Source: Chrysomallon squamiferum (Eukaryota; Animalia; Mollusca). From it: DNA of 64,000 bases. The DNA lies in the NCBI GenBank assembly GCA_012295275.1, contig CM022672.1, forward strand, positions 11,718,001 to 11,782,000. The letters are read 5' to 3'. The position numbers were made by a program, and so were the translations under genes. Shown piece by piece: positions 1 to 12,929 of this stretch. Under the pieces are notes generated by a model. The model saw only the letters and a list, made by a program, of their open reading frames with translations. It did not search any database and was not told where the DNA came from. Every line of letters starts with the position of its first letter. The first letter of the stretch is position 1.

Positions 1-309
1 ATATGAGGATAAATGATAAAAATGTATAATTTTTTAATTATTTTATTATTATTTTTTAATGGTTACAGTTTGAAGTACATTTTAAGTGTGTGAGAAGAAA
101 TAATAAATATATGAATATATGAACATGTATATGTATGTAAATGTAGATGTTTGTGTGTGCATGGATGTATATATTTCAATCAATAAAAACTACATTAAAT
201 GTCAATGCTGTTAATTCTAAATTTTTTTATGCTTATATTAGCATACACAAATAAATGAAAATGTATTCTTAGCATTACGGAATTTACAACTGTATTTTAA
301 TATTTTTAC

Positions 310-440
310 CTGGCTCTGTCGTCAGCATTTGGTCGCAACATTTTCACAGCAACCAGCATCGATCGGTTATTGTTTGACCTGCTTCCCAGGTACTCATCAC
401 CAAGAATGTCGTTAATATGAAGAGCTTCGCAAAGATGTAC
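310..440 (-). CDS. Ddr: Ddr exon H (131 bp): kinase subdomains [46 protein letters not shown](R)
   Basis: Not in the ORF track; translated by hand. Acceptor tttttcAG (442-441), donor CAG|GTAAAA (309); contains the VAVK catalytic lysine. Confidence 0.96.
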
Positions 441-1822
441 CTGAAAAATTCAAATATATATATATATATATATAACTTATATTGAATACAGATTATGAAT
501 ATTACTGTATGCATAAAAAATACAATTATGTAGATAATACATATAGAATATAGAAGCAGTATTACTAATACTACTTACCAGTAGTATTATTAATGTAACT
601 ACTATTACTATTGCTACTATTTTTATTACTATTACTTTCATTATTACTATTATTGTTGTCATTGTTGTTGTTGTTGTTGTTACTATTATTATTATTGCTG
701 TTGTTGTTATTTATTTATTTGTTACTTTTGTTTTTATTACTACTACTATTATTATTATTATTATTGTTGTTACTGTTGTTGTTGTTGCAGTTGTTGTTTA
801 TAGTTTTGCTTTACCTCTCCAAACTGGCCTTCACCTAGAACCTCAACAAAGCGAAGGTTTTCTCTTGGAAACTCTAACACAGAGTAGTCGATGCTCAGCA
901 GGAGATCAGCGTTGGGAACAGCGTATACGTTGTTGCCACTGACACCCTGCAGGCTGGGAACATTCGCACCGTGGACGTTGACAATGTCTGCAGCAGCGTA
1001 CAGCGCGTCGTAGTTGGGTGGCTTGTCCAGGACCCCACCCACCTGCACTGCTGGGAGTGACATGGGAGGACGAACAGAGCGAGGGGGGAGATTTACAACA
1101 AGAGCTGATTTTGTGACATCAGGGACAGCATAGTCACGCGAGCCTGCGAATGTGAAATTTATGATTATAGTAATAAGAAAAAATGTATTTTGTATGTGTT
1201 TGATATACAAACATTTAAAGCAGTGATATAGTTATACATAACAAATAGGCGCAAACATTTCATCTACACATAAATGTAAAAATAAATGAAAATTGTTTCC
1301 TGAATGAATTAAATAATTAACAAATTAACATAGAAGACATTCAATATTTACAACTAAAGGGAGATAAGTCTGGTGAACAATATTTACATATTTATAAAAA
1401 ATAATAATTTTGGTATAGCATTTCAAGTGACTACCTAGTTAAATTAAAAATAATTTTTAAAAATATATAATCTTGCAAACTGATTTACATGCCAAGAAAT
1501 GTGGTGCATGACAACATATAAAAATAACATAAGAAGACATTTTGAAATCTTTCGATTAAAAAGAATCCAGACAAAAACCTCATTCTTGTAAAAATATCTC
1601 TTAAAATAACCCATAAGATATAGCAATCTGACAAACACTGAGTATAAACACATTCATAATTTTAAACAAAAATTAAGCTAAAGAGTAAAAAAAAAAAAAA
1701 AAACATCAAAGAAGATATTTTAAGATAAAAGAATCAAGCACAACAGTTCTGGATGGTTCAAGCCAGTCTAATCTAAATATCAAAATATGTAGGAGAAAGA
1801 AGGCCTGTAATTTAGGCTTCAT

Positions 1823-1858
<36 letters not shown>

Positions 1859-3304
1859 CTTTCCTTTGCTGATGACATCTAAAATAATTTTTTTTAATTA
1901 TTATTATTATTATTATTAAGTTAGATGTAATCAAATGTCCTACAATTCTATCTTATTTTTAGCTCATATTTATTTTGTATTTATTATTATTATTTTTTCT
2001 TAAAGTCACTTTTGTTTTTCTTCTTAGCTATTTTATCAAAGACTTTGTAAACATTTCTTTTAACAATCCATTAAGCTTGACAAAGTGTGTATGTTTTTGG
2101 AAGATAATTCTAGAATCATTACACTAAACAACCCTGCTAAATATTGGCAGTTGTTATCATGGAGTCAGCAGAAACAGGCAAGAGGAATGTTTTTGTTTTG
2201 TTTATCTTCTTACCCAGAAACATAGCCTGATATCACAGGTCTGGCATCATCCAAGATTATGTATTTTAATACATCTTTTTTTTTTTTAATATATATTTTT
2301 TTATAATAAATGTTATTTATAGAATATGTGAGTCCTCAAAAAAGCACAGTTTACGTGTTAATCTGCATGTTTCTAAACATCTGTCAGCAAAGGAAACAAA
2401 TTAAGAAAAATACCAAAGAGGAAAGACTGGAAAAAGGCCACGTGAATTCCATTTAAATTTACACCGACATGCGGAACTGAAATTTTGGTTACAAACCACC
2501 AGATACTGGGCTTGGGGGAAGATCGGGGAGTTCTCTACCCTGAATAGTGTCCTTTGGTTCCAGGTAGGCCGGTTTACCGAGCTTCCCATCGGCCATTTCT
2601 TTCTCCGAGTCCAGTTCATCGGTGGCCACGCAGTTGTACATGTTTCCATTGGAAACCTTCCCATTCGACGTTCCGCAGAGATCGTTCAGGTTGATGGCGT
2701 GGTGATCCACAACAGGTTTCAGGCTGCGGCGGTTGTTGTTGTTCTTGCGTCGCTTGTGGCGGATGACAAAAATGACGATGATGATGATGAGGATGACAAT
2801 TAGGGCAGCCAGTCCTGCTATTATGATGCCGATGAAGCCGTCATCGGTTTTGGCATCTTCTTTCTTCTTGTGTACATCATCCCCTGTGAGTACAGCACCT
2901 TTCTTACCAGGCCGATGTCTGCCGATGGTGTATTCCTCATCACCTCCATACGTCTTGTCTCCGTGATACGGTCTTTGTGACACTGGAGCTGAGGAAATTG
3001 TTCAAAAAAAAGTTTAAACTTTAAATAATATATTGTGAGAAATACAAATAAACGAATAACTTATTGTCAGAAAATGTTGCTATCTTGATTTATAATAGTT
3101 ATAAAAACTAATAATAGACAACTATATTATTATTATTATTATTATCATCACCACCATCACCATCATCTTTATTATTATTATTACTCTTTTTTTCATTTAA
3201 GTTATTTTATAGTTAGTCAATCTAAAACTAACCAAATGAATTAATTTTTACAATTTGTATTTACAAAGACAAATCTACTAACAAAACATATTTATTGAGT
3301 TATT

Positions 3305-3359
<55 letters not shown>

Positions 3360-3739
3360 TAAAGTAAATAAATAAAAATAAGCAAACAAGACAGTACATA
3401 CCATCTCCTAATTCCACTTTTGGTGTGTTTGAACCTCTGCCAAAAATGTCAATCTCCACAGCACTCATGTGTTTGTTCTTCTTAGCATTGGAGGGTGTGG
3501 TAGGAGAAAATGTGGTGGGTGGTGGGCTTTCTGGGGTGAAGTTCCCTACAGCCACTTCTACATGTAAAGAAAAATAAAAAATTAATTTTAACTGTTAAGT
3601 GAATATATATATATATTTAATGAAACATCATAATAATTATCATAAATACACATAACTACTAAGATAATTCTTTATGATAAAGATTTAAAATAGAATCTGT
3701 TGGCACAACAGACAAACGTCAAGACATCTTTTACTGTCA

Positions 3740-3786
<47 letters not shown>

Positions 3787-5113
3787 AATCTATCTATCTG
3801 TTTATATAATCTATTTGTCTATATGAATGTATTCACAGACACACACACACACACAACCACTTAAAGTGAGAGAAAGAGAGAGAGAGAGAGTAGGTAAAAA
3901 CTGAGAAATAGCTGAGGTTTATAAAAAGAACTGATCTTGCTACAAGTATACAACACAATTGCCTGTATGTTTTACACTACACAGTATCCACAGTACCTGA
4001 GTTAACCTAAGTAGCATTAAGCTAATTGTTAACACTTATTAACACCAGTTATGAAAACCAGGAATTGGATCTCTGCCGATTCCAGAAATAACACAGATAA
4101 TGAACAATGAATGCTATGTTGCAGAGGAAACCAGGATGGTGTCACTGGTGGATTGTTTATGAATAATTAGTAAGAAGAATTTCTGAGATAAACAGAGGTA
4201 AAGATGATATTTGGTATTAAAACTTTACCCAGACATCTGCAACAGCTAACAAAAATTCTGAAAATTGTTAGAAGAATGCTTGTATCTTCCAAAAGTTCTT
4301 GCAACTGCCAATCATGCCAAGATATAGTGTATATATAGTAAATTTGGCAGTCCTTTAGATGTAGATTTTAAAAAAAAAAGGTTTCTGATTCTGTTTTATT
4401 GAAGCTCTTTAGAATTTGTGATGACTTCTTGTATCTATGCAATCAACTCAGTTTGCCTAAAGCATAATGCCATCTTCAAACATTTTATCAATAGTACAGG
4501 TTGTCCCAGTGTCAATAATTTAAAGTGGCAGTTGAAAATGAATGTGTCCAAATACCCACTGGAATGAACTATGATGTTTTAAATTCCATTGCTCTGCTTT
4601 ATTAACAGTGTCTGGACCAAAATAGTCTACTTTAACTTTGTGATGTATTTTTAATAAATCAGTGACTTCATACATTGTACTGGGACAAAAAGTAAATGGA
4701 TTTGGCAATACAGTAGGAAAATATTTTATAAGTATGAATAGTTTATAACTTAATCTTTTCAATATTGTGTTGAGTACTTATGATTCATCTAATTAATCAT
4801 CTGGTTTATTTAAATATGACTACCAACTTAAAATAGTGCTTAAATAAAATATAAATTATATTTGTGTCCTCACTAAGAGGCATGAATGGATTCTGTCTTT
4901 TTTTGTCAGTGTTCAGAATTATCATATATCTTAATAACCTAGGGAATAATCTTAAGTCTAAAATACTTTCTTAAACTAACATTTTACTGTTGCTGAGATT
5001 TCTTTAGTAATTATAAATGATTTCTAGCTATACTTTTTGGAAGTCTATTCTGAATTTGTGCTCTTTCATGTCTTAATATCTAAATACCAATTTTGGGGAG
5101 TTTCTTTCTATAT

Positions 5114-5152
<39 letters not shown>

Positions 5153-8100
5153 TATATTTATTTATTTTAGAACTCACCAGAATCAATCTTCACTTCACTG
5201 ATCATCATCCACTTGGCATCGAAGTAGAGATCCATTTTGATGTACTGACCAATACTGTGGTACAGTCGAATCATCACTTGCCTGGCGTTTTCAAAGTAGT
5301 TATCTCTCACGTAGTTGAACTGTATGGGAGGACTCGGGTAATACTTCCCACCGATGCTGAAATACACCTCGGCCTTCCGGAACACTCTCACCTCTTTAGT
5401 GTAATGGTTGTTGCAGTGGAGAATTATGGACGAGAAGTTCCGAACGGTATCGAATTTGAAGATGATTTCGATCGGTTTCTGAGAGTTGCTTTCGTTCTTC
5501 CAGCCTATCCACTCGTAACCTTTAATGCCCATTCTCTGTGAGTCCAGTCGAAAGTTTGTGTCTCCTTCTTCTCCATCTACAAGCTGTCCAAGTCCGTTCT
5601 TCAGATAGTTGTTCTCAAAAACTCCGTCATAGGTAAAGTCAAGAAGATCCACTTCTGCTCCACGATGGCCTCCTTGGGGCATGGAGTAGGAAACCAGACC
5701 ATCTGAAAAATAATAATAATAATAATAATATTAACAACAATAATAATAATGATAAATAATAATAATAATAATAATAATTATAATAGCAACAACAACCACA
5801 ATAAGAATAATAATAGCAACAACAACAACAACAACAATAATAATGTTAATAATAATAATAATAATCATGACGACGATGACAATGATAATACTGTGGATGA
5901 TAATGATAATAATAATGAAATTATGATGATGGTGGTGATCATAACAACAAAAACAATAATGATAATAAAGGCCATAATGATGATGATGATGATGATGATA
6001 AAAATAAAAGAAGTAATTGTAATAATAAATAATAACTATAGTAACAGTAACAATGATGATGTTGACAATGATGACAAATAAATGTAAATTGGAAAGATAA
6101 AAAAATTAAGTATTTTGTTGTAATTATTTATTATAAGAATCTGTTCCACAGTTACAAGTGATAGAAATAATAAAGAACAACATGATGATGACAATGAAGT
6201 ATAAATTTGTATTAGAAGTATTAGAATGAATAATTCAACTAAAGTTATTATAACTTGGCAGAGAATTTTACATATAATAATAAAATAACAAAAATAAATG
6301 AAATAAATAGAGAATAAAGATAACTTGGATATTTAAGAAATGAGGCAACATTTAATTAATGAAAAAAAACAATAATAATAATAAATGAGTCATATACGAT
6401 GCAGTATAATAAAGGTTTGAAATAATAAATTTAAAAATAAAAAGTTAAAACAAAAAAATAAATAAAACAGTAACAAAAGTCCAATCAGAATGATAAAATA
6501 AGAAACAAAATAACAATGAAATGAGATAAAAAAAAAAAAAATTTAAAAATTTCATATTATAAAGTTTGTTAAACTGCTCATAAATGAAAATTTAGTATTT
6601 ATTTCAGTAACAAAATCTATCATTTAAAAAAAAAAAAAATTCTTGAGAAACAGATGTCCATAAATTGTGACTAATACAAGCTGAAATCCTGTCAAAAAGT
6701 GAAAAATGAATTCCCATCTGGACAGCAATTAATTACAAGCCAAGTATTAGAAAGAGGAGAAAGAAATAAGAGATAGAGTATTTAAAAAAAAAAAAAAAAA
6801 AAAATGTTGAGCAGATTCTAATATCATAATTACTGTGTACGCAGGCCATGTAATTTAGATTATACTGCAATTCTGCTTAATTTGACACAAATGAAGCAAA
6901 CAACAGGATGAAAAGTTTAAAAATTTAGCCAGAAAAAAAAAGGAGAAGAAGAAGAAGAAAGAGGCAAAACAGTAAACTGAATAATGAGAGAAACAGGTAG
7001 TGAAAGAAAAACACAGACGTCAAATTATTTATGATAGAAGACATTTTTTTGTTTGTTTGTTTGAAATGACTGTGTTATAATGTATGCCAGGATCATTTCC
7101 TTTCTGTGTACTAATGGATCTATTTTCCTGTTACAGGCAGAGCTCCTTATCTAATTTGTCAAAGTAAATGGTGTGTGGTTTCCAGTCTATGAGGGGTTTA
7201 GTTAAAGATTTCATACTGCAAAATTCTTTTACAAACTATTATTATTTAAAACTGAACACAATACAAATAGATGAATAAATTTGATTGTAAATTGTTAGTA
7301 ATAAAAATAAAATTCCAAGGTTAATTTTAAAATATAAAATAAATTATTATTGCTTTTAAATGAAAGAAAAGAAAAAAGAAAGAAATAATAATAAATATAA
7401 AGTTTTGTTGCATTTGTTCTTGAATCTTGTACACCCCAAACCAATTCCTTTTATAATTTTTGTCTTAATTTAAAATATATATATATATATATCAAAAGAA
7501 AAAATAGTTTTAACCTTTACTCTATATTCATGACAGAAAAAAAAAACTTGTGTAAAATGCAGATGAAACTAAAAACATATATAAATACGATTTTTTATAT
7601 TTTTATTTTACAGATATTTAAAAAAACCACAAAAAAAAACCCCATCAAAGTCAAAATTATAAAATCTATCTTCATTTCATTATAAAAATAAACAAAAAAA
7701 ACCAAAAAAAAAAAAAAAAAAAAAAACCTACAAGATGTGACATTGAAAACATCAGATTAAATATAACATGTCATTGATGAAGGAAATATCTTTATTCCAA
7801 AAAAATTTTGTAAAAATTTAAAAAAATAGAAATATATATTTTCAGGCTGACTAAATATTTTCTTGACAAGATGTAGGAGAGCAGAGAATCAAGGCTGTGT
7901 TTTTCTAGAAACGTGAAGAGCTAACACATGTCGGTGTGCCTTGTCTAAAATTCAAAAGATGATATCATGAATTTATTTCAGAGCACGTTTACTCAGCTGT
8001 CGCACAAGAAAGAATGCTGACTAACACGTAATGGTAGGAAAACAAAACTGAAAATAAACAAAGCTAATACAAAACAAAACATTTTGCTAGTAAAGAGCAT

Positions 8101-11100
8101 ATGAAGAAAATGCTATATTCGCTTCATATATGTGTGTGTGTGTGTATATATAGATAGATAAACAGATAGATAGATACATAGATAGATAGATAGACAGATA
8201 TAGATATATATATACATATGTATGTATTTATTAATTATTATTATTATATTTTAATTTCTGTATTAATGCAGGTACTATTCTTTTTTTGAACTTCTTTAAA
8301 GATAGAGGCTAATATTTGTGATTATCAAAGTTTGTATCATAAACAAAATATTACTAAAGGGAGATAACAGTGCTAATGGTAATAATATCTGGAGGACATA
8401 TACAGGTATTCAGCATATATATATATATATATCAAAAAAACCTTCTTTATTTGGCTTTTTATTCTCTCTTTTTAAAAAAATTTGTGTACTAATTGAGACT
8501 AATGTTAGTTACTAATGAAGTTTCTATGATAAATAAGCAAAAGACAAAACATAATTTATTAAGCTGATAAAATACTGCCACTGGCAATTATAGCTGAGGA
8601 GGATGTTCAAATATATATGATACAAAAAAATGTCTACATTCATTTTTTTTTCTCTTATTTCAATTTCTATATTAATTGAGATTAATATTATTCATTAATG
8701 GAGCTTTTGACACAAAAATAAAAATTAAAGATTTTCTGTGTTATAAATATTTATAGTCTTAGAATAAACCTGTTTTTTTTTTCATTTTCAATTACTTTTG
8801 CAATAGGTGTATTTATTTCTACAAGTAAAAGTTAATTTATTTCTGTATTGTATGATTACATCTTTTATTCTCTTCTACATAAAATTATTCAAAATGATTT
8901 TATGTTCATGCACACACACACACACACTAAATATGATATAAATTATATGTTTCTTCTTTAGCCTGATGGTTTCCACACAACTGGGAAACCTCCCCCATAA
9001 TCCACCCCTCATTTATATTATTATACAAAATTTTATTTTAACAGCTGTTCTTAAATTCTGTTGGTTATCTACAATACATGCACGCAATACATATTTTATT
9101 AAACAACCCAATTATGCTGTTAAGTTTAAATAGTGTTTTTTATGTGTTTTGTCTTTGAATGACAACACTAGTTAAGCCTACTCAATATAGAACAGGAAGT
9201 AGTGGGTGTTTTAAAAAATACTTATACATATTTTCTTATTTCAAGCTTATCATTAATCATAGTTTTAGTTATCTCAGCTTGAATACATGGAACTGATAGG
9301 CTAAAGATGCTAATTATTTTTTAGAAAACAAATATGTTATCATTAAGAAATGACTGATGAGATTATTAGTTACTAAAAAAAAAAGTGATAAATGGAAATG
9401 AATAAACGAATGAATAAATGAATGTATAAATAAAATAAATAAGACAATAAATTTACTTAATATAAAATCACAAATAAAAATAATAATAGTTGATAATAAC
9501 TACATCAACTGTAATAATTGTGATGATAATATTAATAAAATTAATAATAAAGACGATGGTGATAAATTTAATGTTAATAGCTGTAATGATTTTACAAGTA
9601 ATAACAATAATCATAATAATAATGATTTTAATAATAATAATATTAATAACAAGAAAAATATTAGTGTATCCATATATGTCTGTATTTCTAATAAATAATA
9701 CAATAAATAAATAAATAACAACTATAATAATAACTTTAATTAATTATTGTAACAACAAGAACAACCACCAACATTACGTCATTCAAAATACTACATAATA
9801 TTCTCTAGTCTTAAAACATGTTTTTTTCTTTCTTTATAAATCTATATATAATGGTTTATTTCTGTTTCCTTCAAAACCAAACAGGAAACTGCAGATGTAC
9901 CAAGAACCGAATTCATCTGCTAAATAAATACAACAAGATGAAAATGACCATAATGGCATGAAGATAAACAGTCTTTAAAATTAAATTTCTACCAAAAATA
10001 AATAAATAAATAAACTAAAAGATAAATCGCTACATATCTTCTGAACCTAACATGTATCAAAATACAAAATCTGTTTGCTGTCACGTCATAAACTAAACGC
10101 AAGCAAAATTATTTCACACCTGAACTCAAGACGTTTTTTTTTGTTGTTTTGTTTTTATCATTATTTATTTTTAGTTATTTATGTTTCAGATTTGTAGACA
10201 TAGGTAGGTTTCTCGTGTATCTTCTGTTAAATCAGTAGGTGGGTATCTTTCCCATCTGCTGGGAAATTTAAATGGTACACTAATTTATCAGCGATGTTTT
10301 TTTTTTTAAGGAAATGAGTTTAATTGATAAAAAAATAAAAACACTGTGTTGACTGAGACAGAATTGTGTGATTAAAAGAAGGAAGAGCTTGTTTAGATTG
10401 AGATAAAAAGACAGATAATTTAAATCTTAACAAGATGCATTTTTTACAGGAAAAGACTGCTGGGGTTTTTTATCTTTATTTTTTGCGAAAAATAATTTAA
10501 TGTTTTTATGCTTTTCTCTGCTACCTTGAATAGAAAACAACATTACAGATTAACACACCTATGTATAAGCTCACATACATATAAACACACACACACACAC
10601 ACATTTACTCATAGCTGCACATAAACGTATACACTACTAGGTATACATACCCATATACCCACCTCACACACACACATACACACAACACTTACTCAGAAAT
10701 GTACCATTATTATACATATAAGAATGAAGAGATTTTATTTGTACTCAACACATACTAGCTATATCACACCATCTACCTACATGATTAAAAATGAAAGAAG
10801 AAATCCAATACTGTTATGTGCAATGGGCTATTCTCAATTAGCAGCAAGAGATATTTTCATATACACCTTCTCTTAGGCTGGAAAGCGCATATTTTTAACT
10901 TCAAGATGAAACCTGTCATGGGACAGTGGTTTGATTGGGAAATAACTCGAACATATGTAGATAGAAACAGGAAAACACTTGGATACATGTATTTAAACAT
11001 TTGTTCTGTGTTTTCCTATCATTAACTGTACACAATTTTCTGTATCTTTAGTTTTGTTTATTTTATTTTTTTATCTGTTGGTATGTGAAAATGAGAACAT

Positions 11101-12092
11101 TTTTGATTCAGAATTAAAACCATTTCTTGTTTATATCCAAACTGTCTGCATGAGCTTCATTTCAAATTCCATCTTTTTTTCTTTTTTTTTTTTTTTTTGT
11201 CTGTTATATAAACTTCAAACCACATGTGAAAATAAATCTGTTTTTAATGCAATTTTAAAGTCAAAACATTAACTCATTAATTATTTAGCTAAACAACAAG
11301 TTTTTCAAAACAAGATTAAATTTAAGTGTAATTGTAAATTTTTTCAACCAAGGACAGTAAAAATAAAACATTATGCTATTAATCTTTAACACATCTTTGC
11401 TAAATGGAAACATCTATTATAATTTTCATTTTAAGTAATGAATAGGTACAGACATATAAGGAAAACAAAGCAAATTAAATAACTACTGAAACAGTACACT
11501 CCACTATTCTGTAACCAAAAATTCTTGGAAACCAGCCATATATAATCTAATGAGTATATTTGATAGAAAGATGCTCAGTAAAAATTTGTAACAAAGCACG
11601 TTACACTAAATACATATACATAATGATCCATAATATTGTTTGCTAAATAAAAAAAATAAAAAAATCATTAAAAAAAAATCACTTGGATATTGGATATTTT
11701 GGATAATTATGGACTGACTACAATGTAGCTGGCACCTTAATGGTGGTACACAGTCTTGACTGATTTGTACCAGTCTACCTCTACATATGTTAATATAAAC
11801 TGGTTGTTTTTTTCATGAGGTGAAATGAAGCTAATAACAAGTTCATTATGAATCATATCACACATTTCATCTGTATCCCATTGCATTACCACCGCATTTG
11901 TATATTGTTTCAGGTAACTTGAGGTGCAGCAAATAGGAAAGAACAAGAACGCACAGAACTCCAGTCATAAACTGTTGATAAAATGTGAGTAGTGCAGTAT
12001 GTCTGCAGCCTGTGGTTTGAAAATCTAATTAACCTGATGTGTTTCCTATGTTATAGAAAGAGATTAAGAGGAAGAGACTGAGAGACTAAGAG

Positions 12093-12181
<89 letters not shown>

Positions 12182-12896
12182 GAGAGAGAGAGATTGAGAG
12201 TAGGAGGAAAAAAGATTAAGAAAGAATGGAAAAAGAAGTAAGAGAGAATGAATAACTGAAATAAAAAAAAAAAGAAAAAAAAAGTGAACAATATGATGAT
12301 AAACTCTAATTACTGCACTTTTGCTACTAACACACTGGTAAAATTTAGGAAACTTCATGTTTTAAAAAATTTTTAACGATGTCTTCTTTTTTATTTCAGA
12401 AATCAGTTTTGAGATTTGGAACCAGTGGTTTGTGTACCTAGTTTAAAGTTACCCATTGCTGAGCCTGATACAAACACTATCAAAGGAAAACCAACATCTG
12501 AGCTGAATTTGCAAAAAAATGAGCACAAGGCAATGAAAAATAAGAATAAAAGAGTCAACTGCCAAAACAAATAATCTAACATAATTGGACAGATGGTGGC
12601 AATTTGTGGAAAAAGCAAATAACTGTGTCAACAGTAGCTAATGCTAAGTACTATCTTCTGTACAGCAGATCATTTTTATTGTGATGAACTTCTTCCGTTC
12701 ATTATTCCGAAGCAATTCATTTATCACTAATAATGTATAATAATGGTTTATTTGCACATGGATTACACTGAGCATGGGTTAATGTAGCCATGCTGTGAAA
12801 ATGTATTCACATTCTTAACAAAAGTCTTTGATGTGCTGGTCAGAATGCTGAGAAAAACACTTTGATGTTGTGGTTCTCATGGTGGCAAAAGAGGAT

Positions 12897-12929
<33 letters not shown>

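Noticed and set aside
2733-5541. Plus-strand ORFs 2733-2966 and 5257-5541, and minus alternative-frame ORF 2401-2664
   Set aside because: Shadows of the GC-richer Ddr exons; no independent evidence.
12771-12794. Short hairpin agcatgg...ccatgct
   Set aside because: A 7-10-bp stem is expected by chance.
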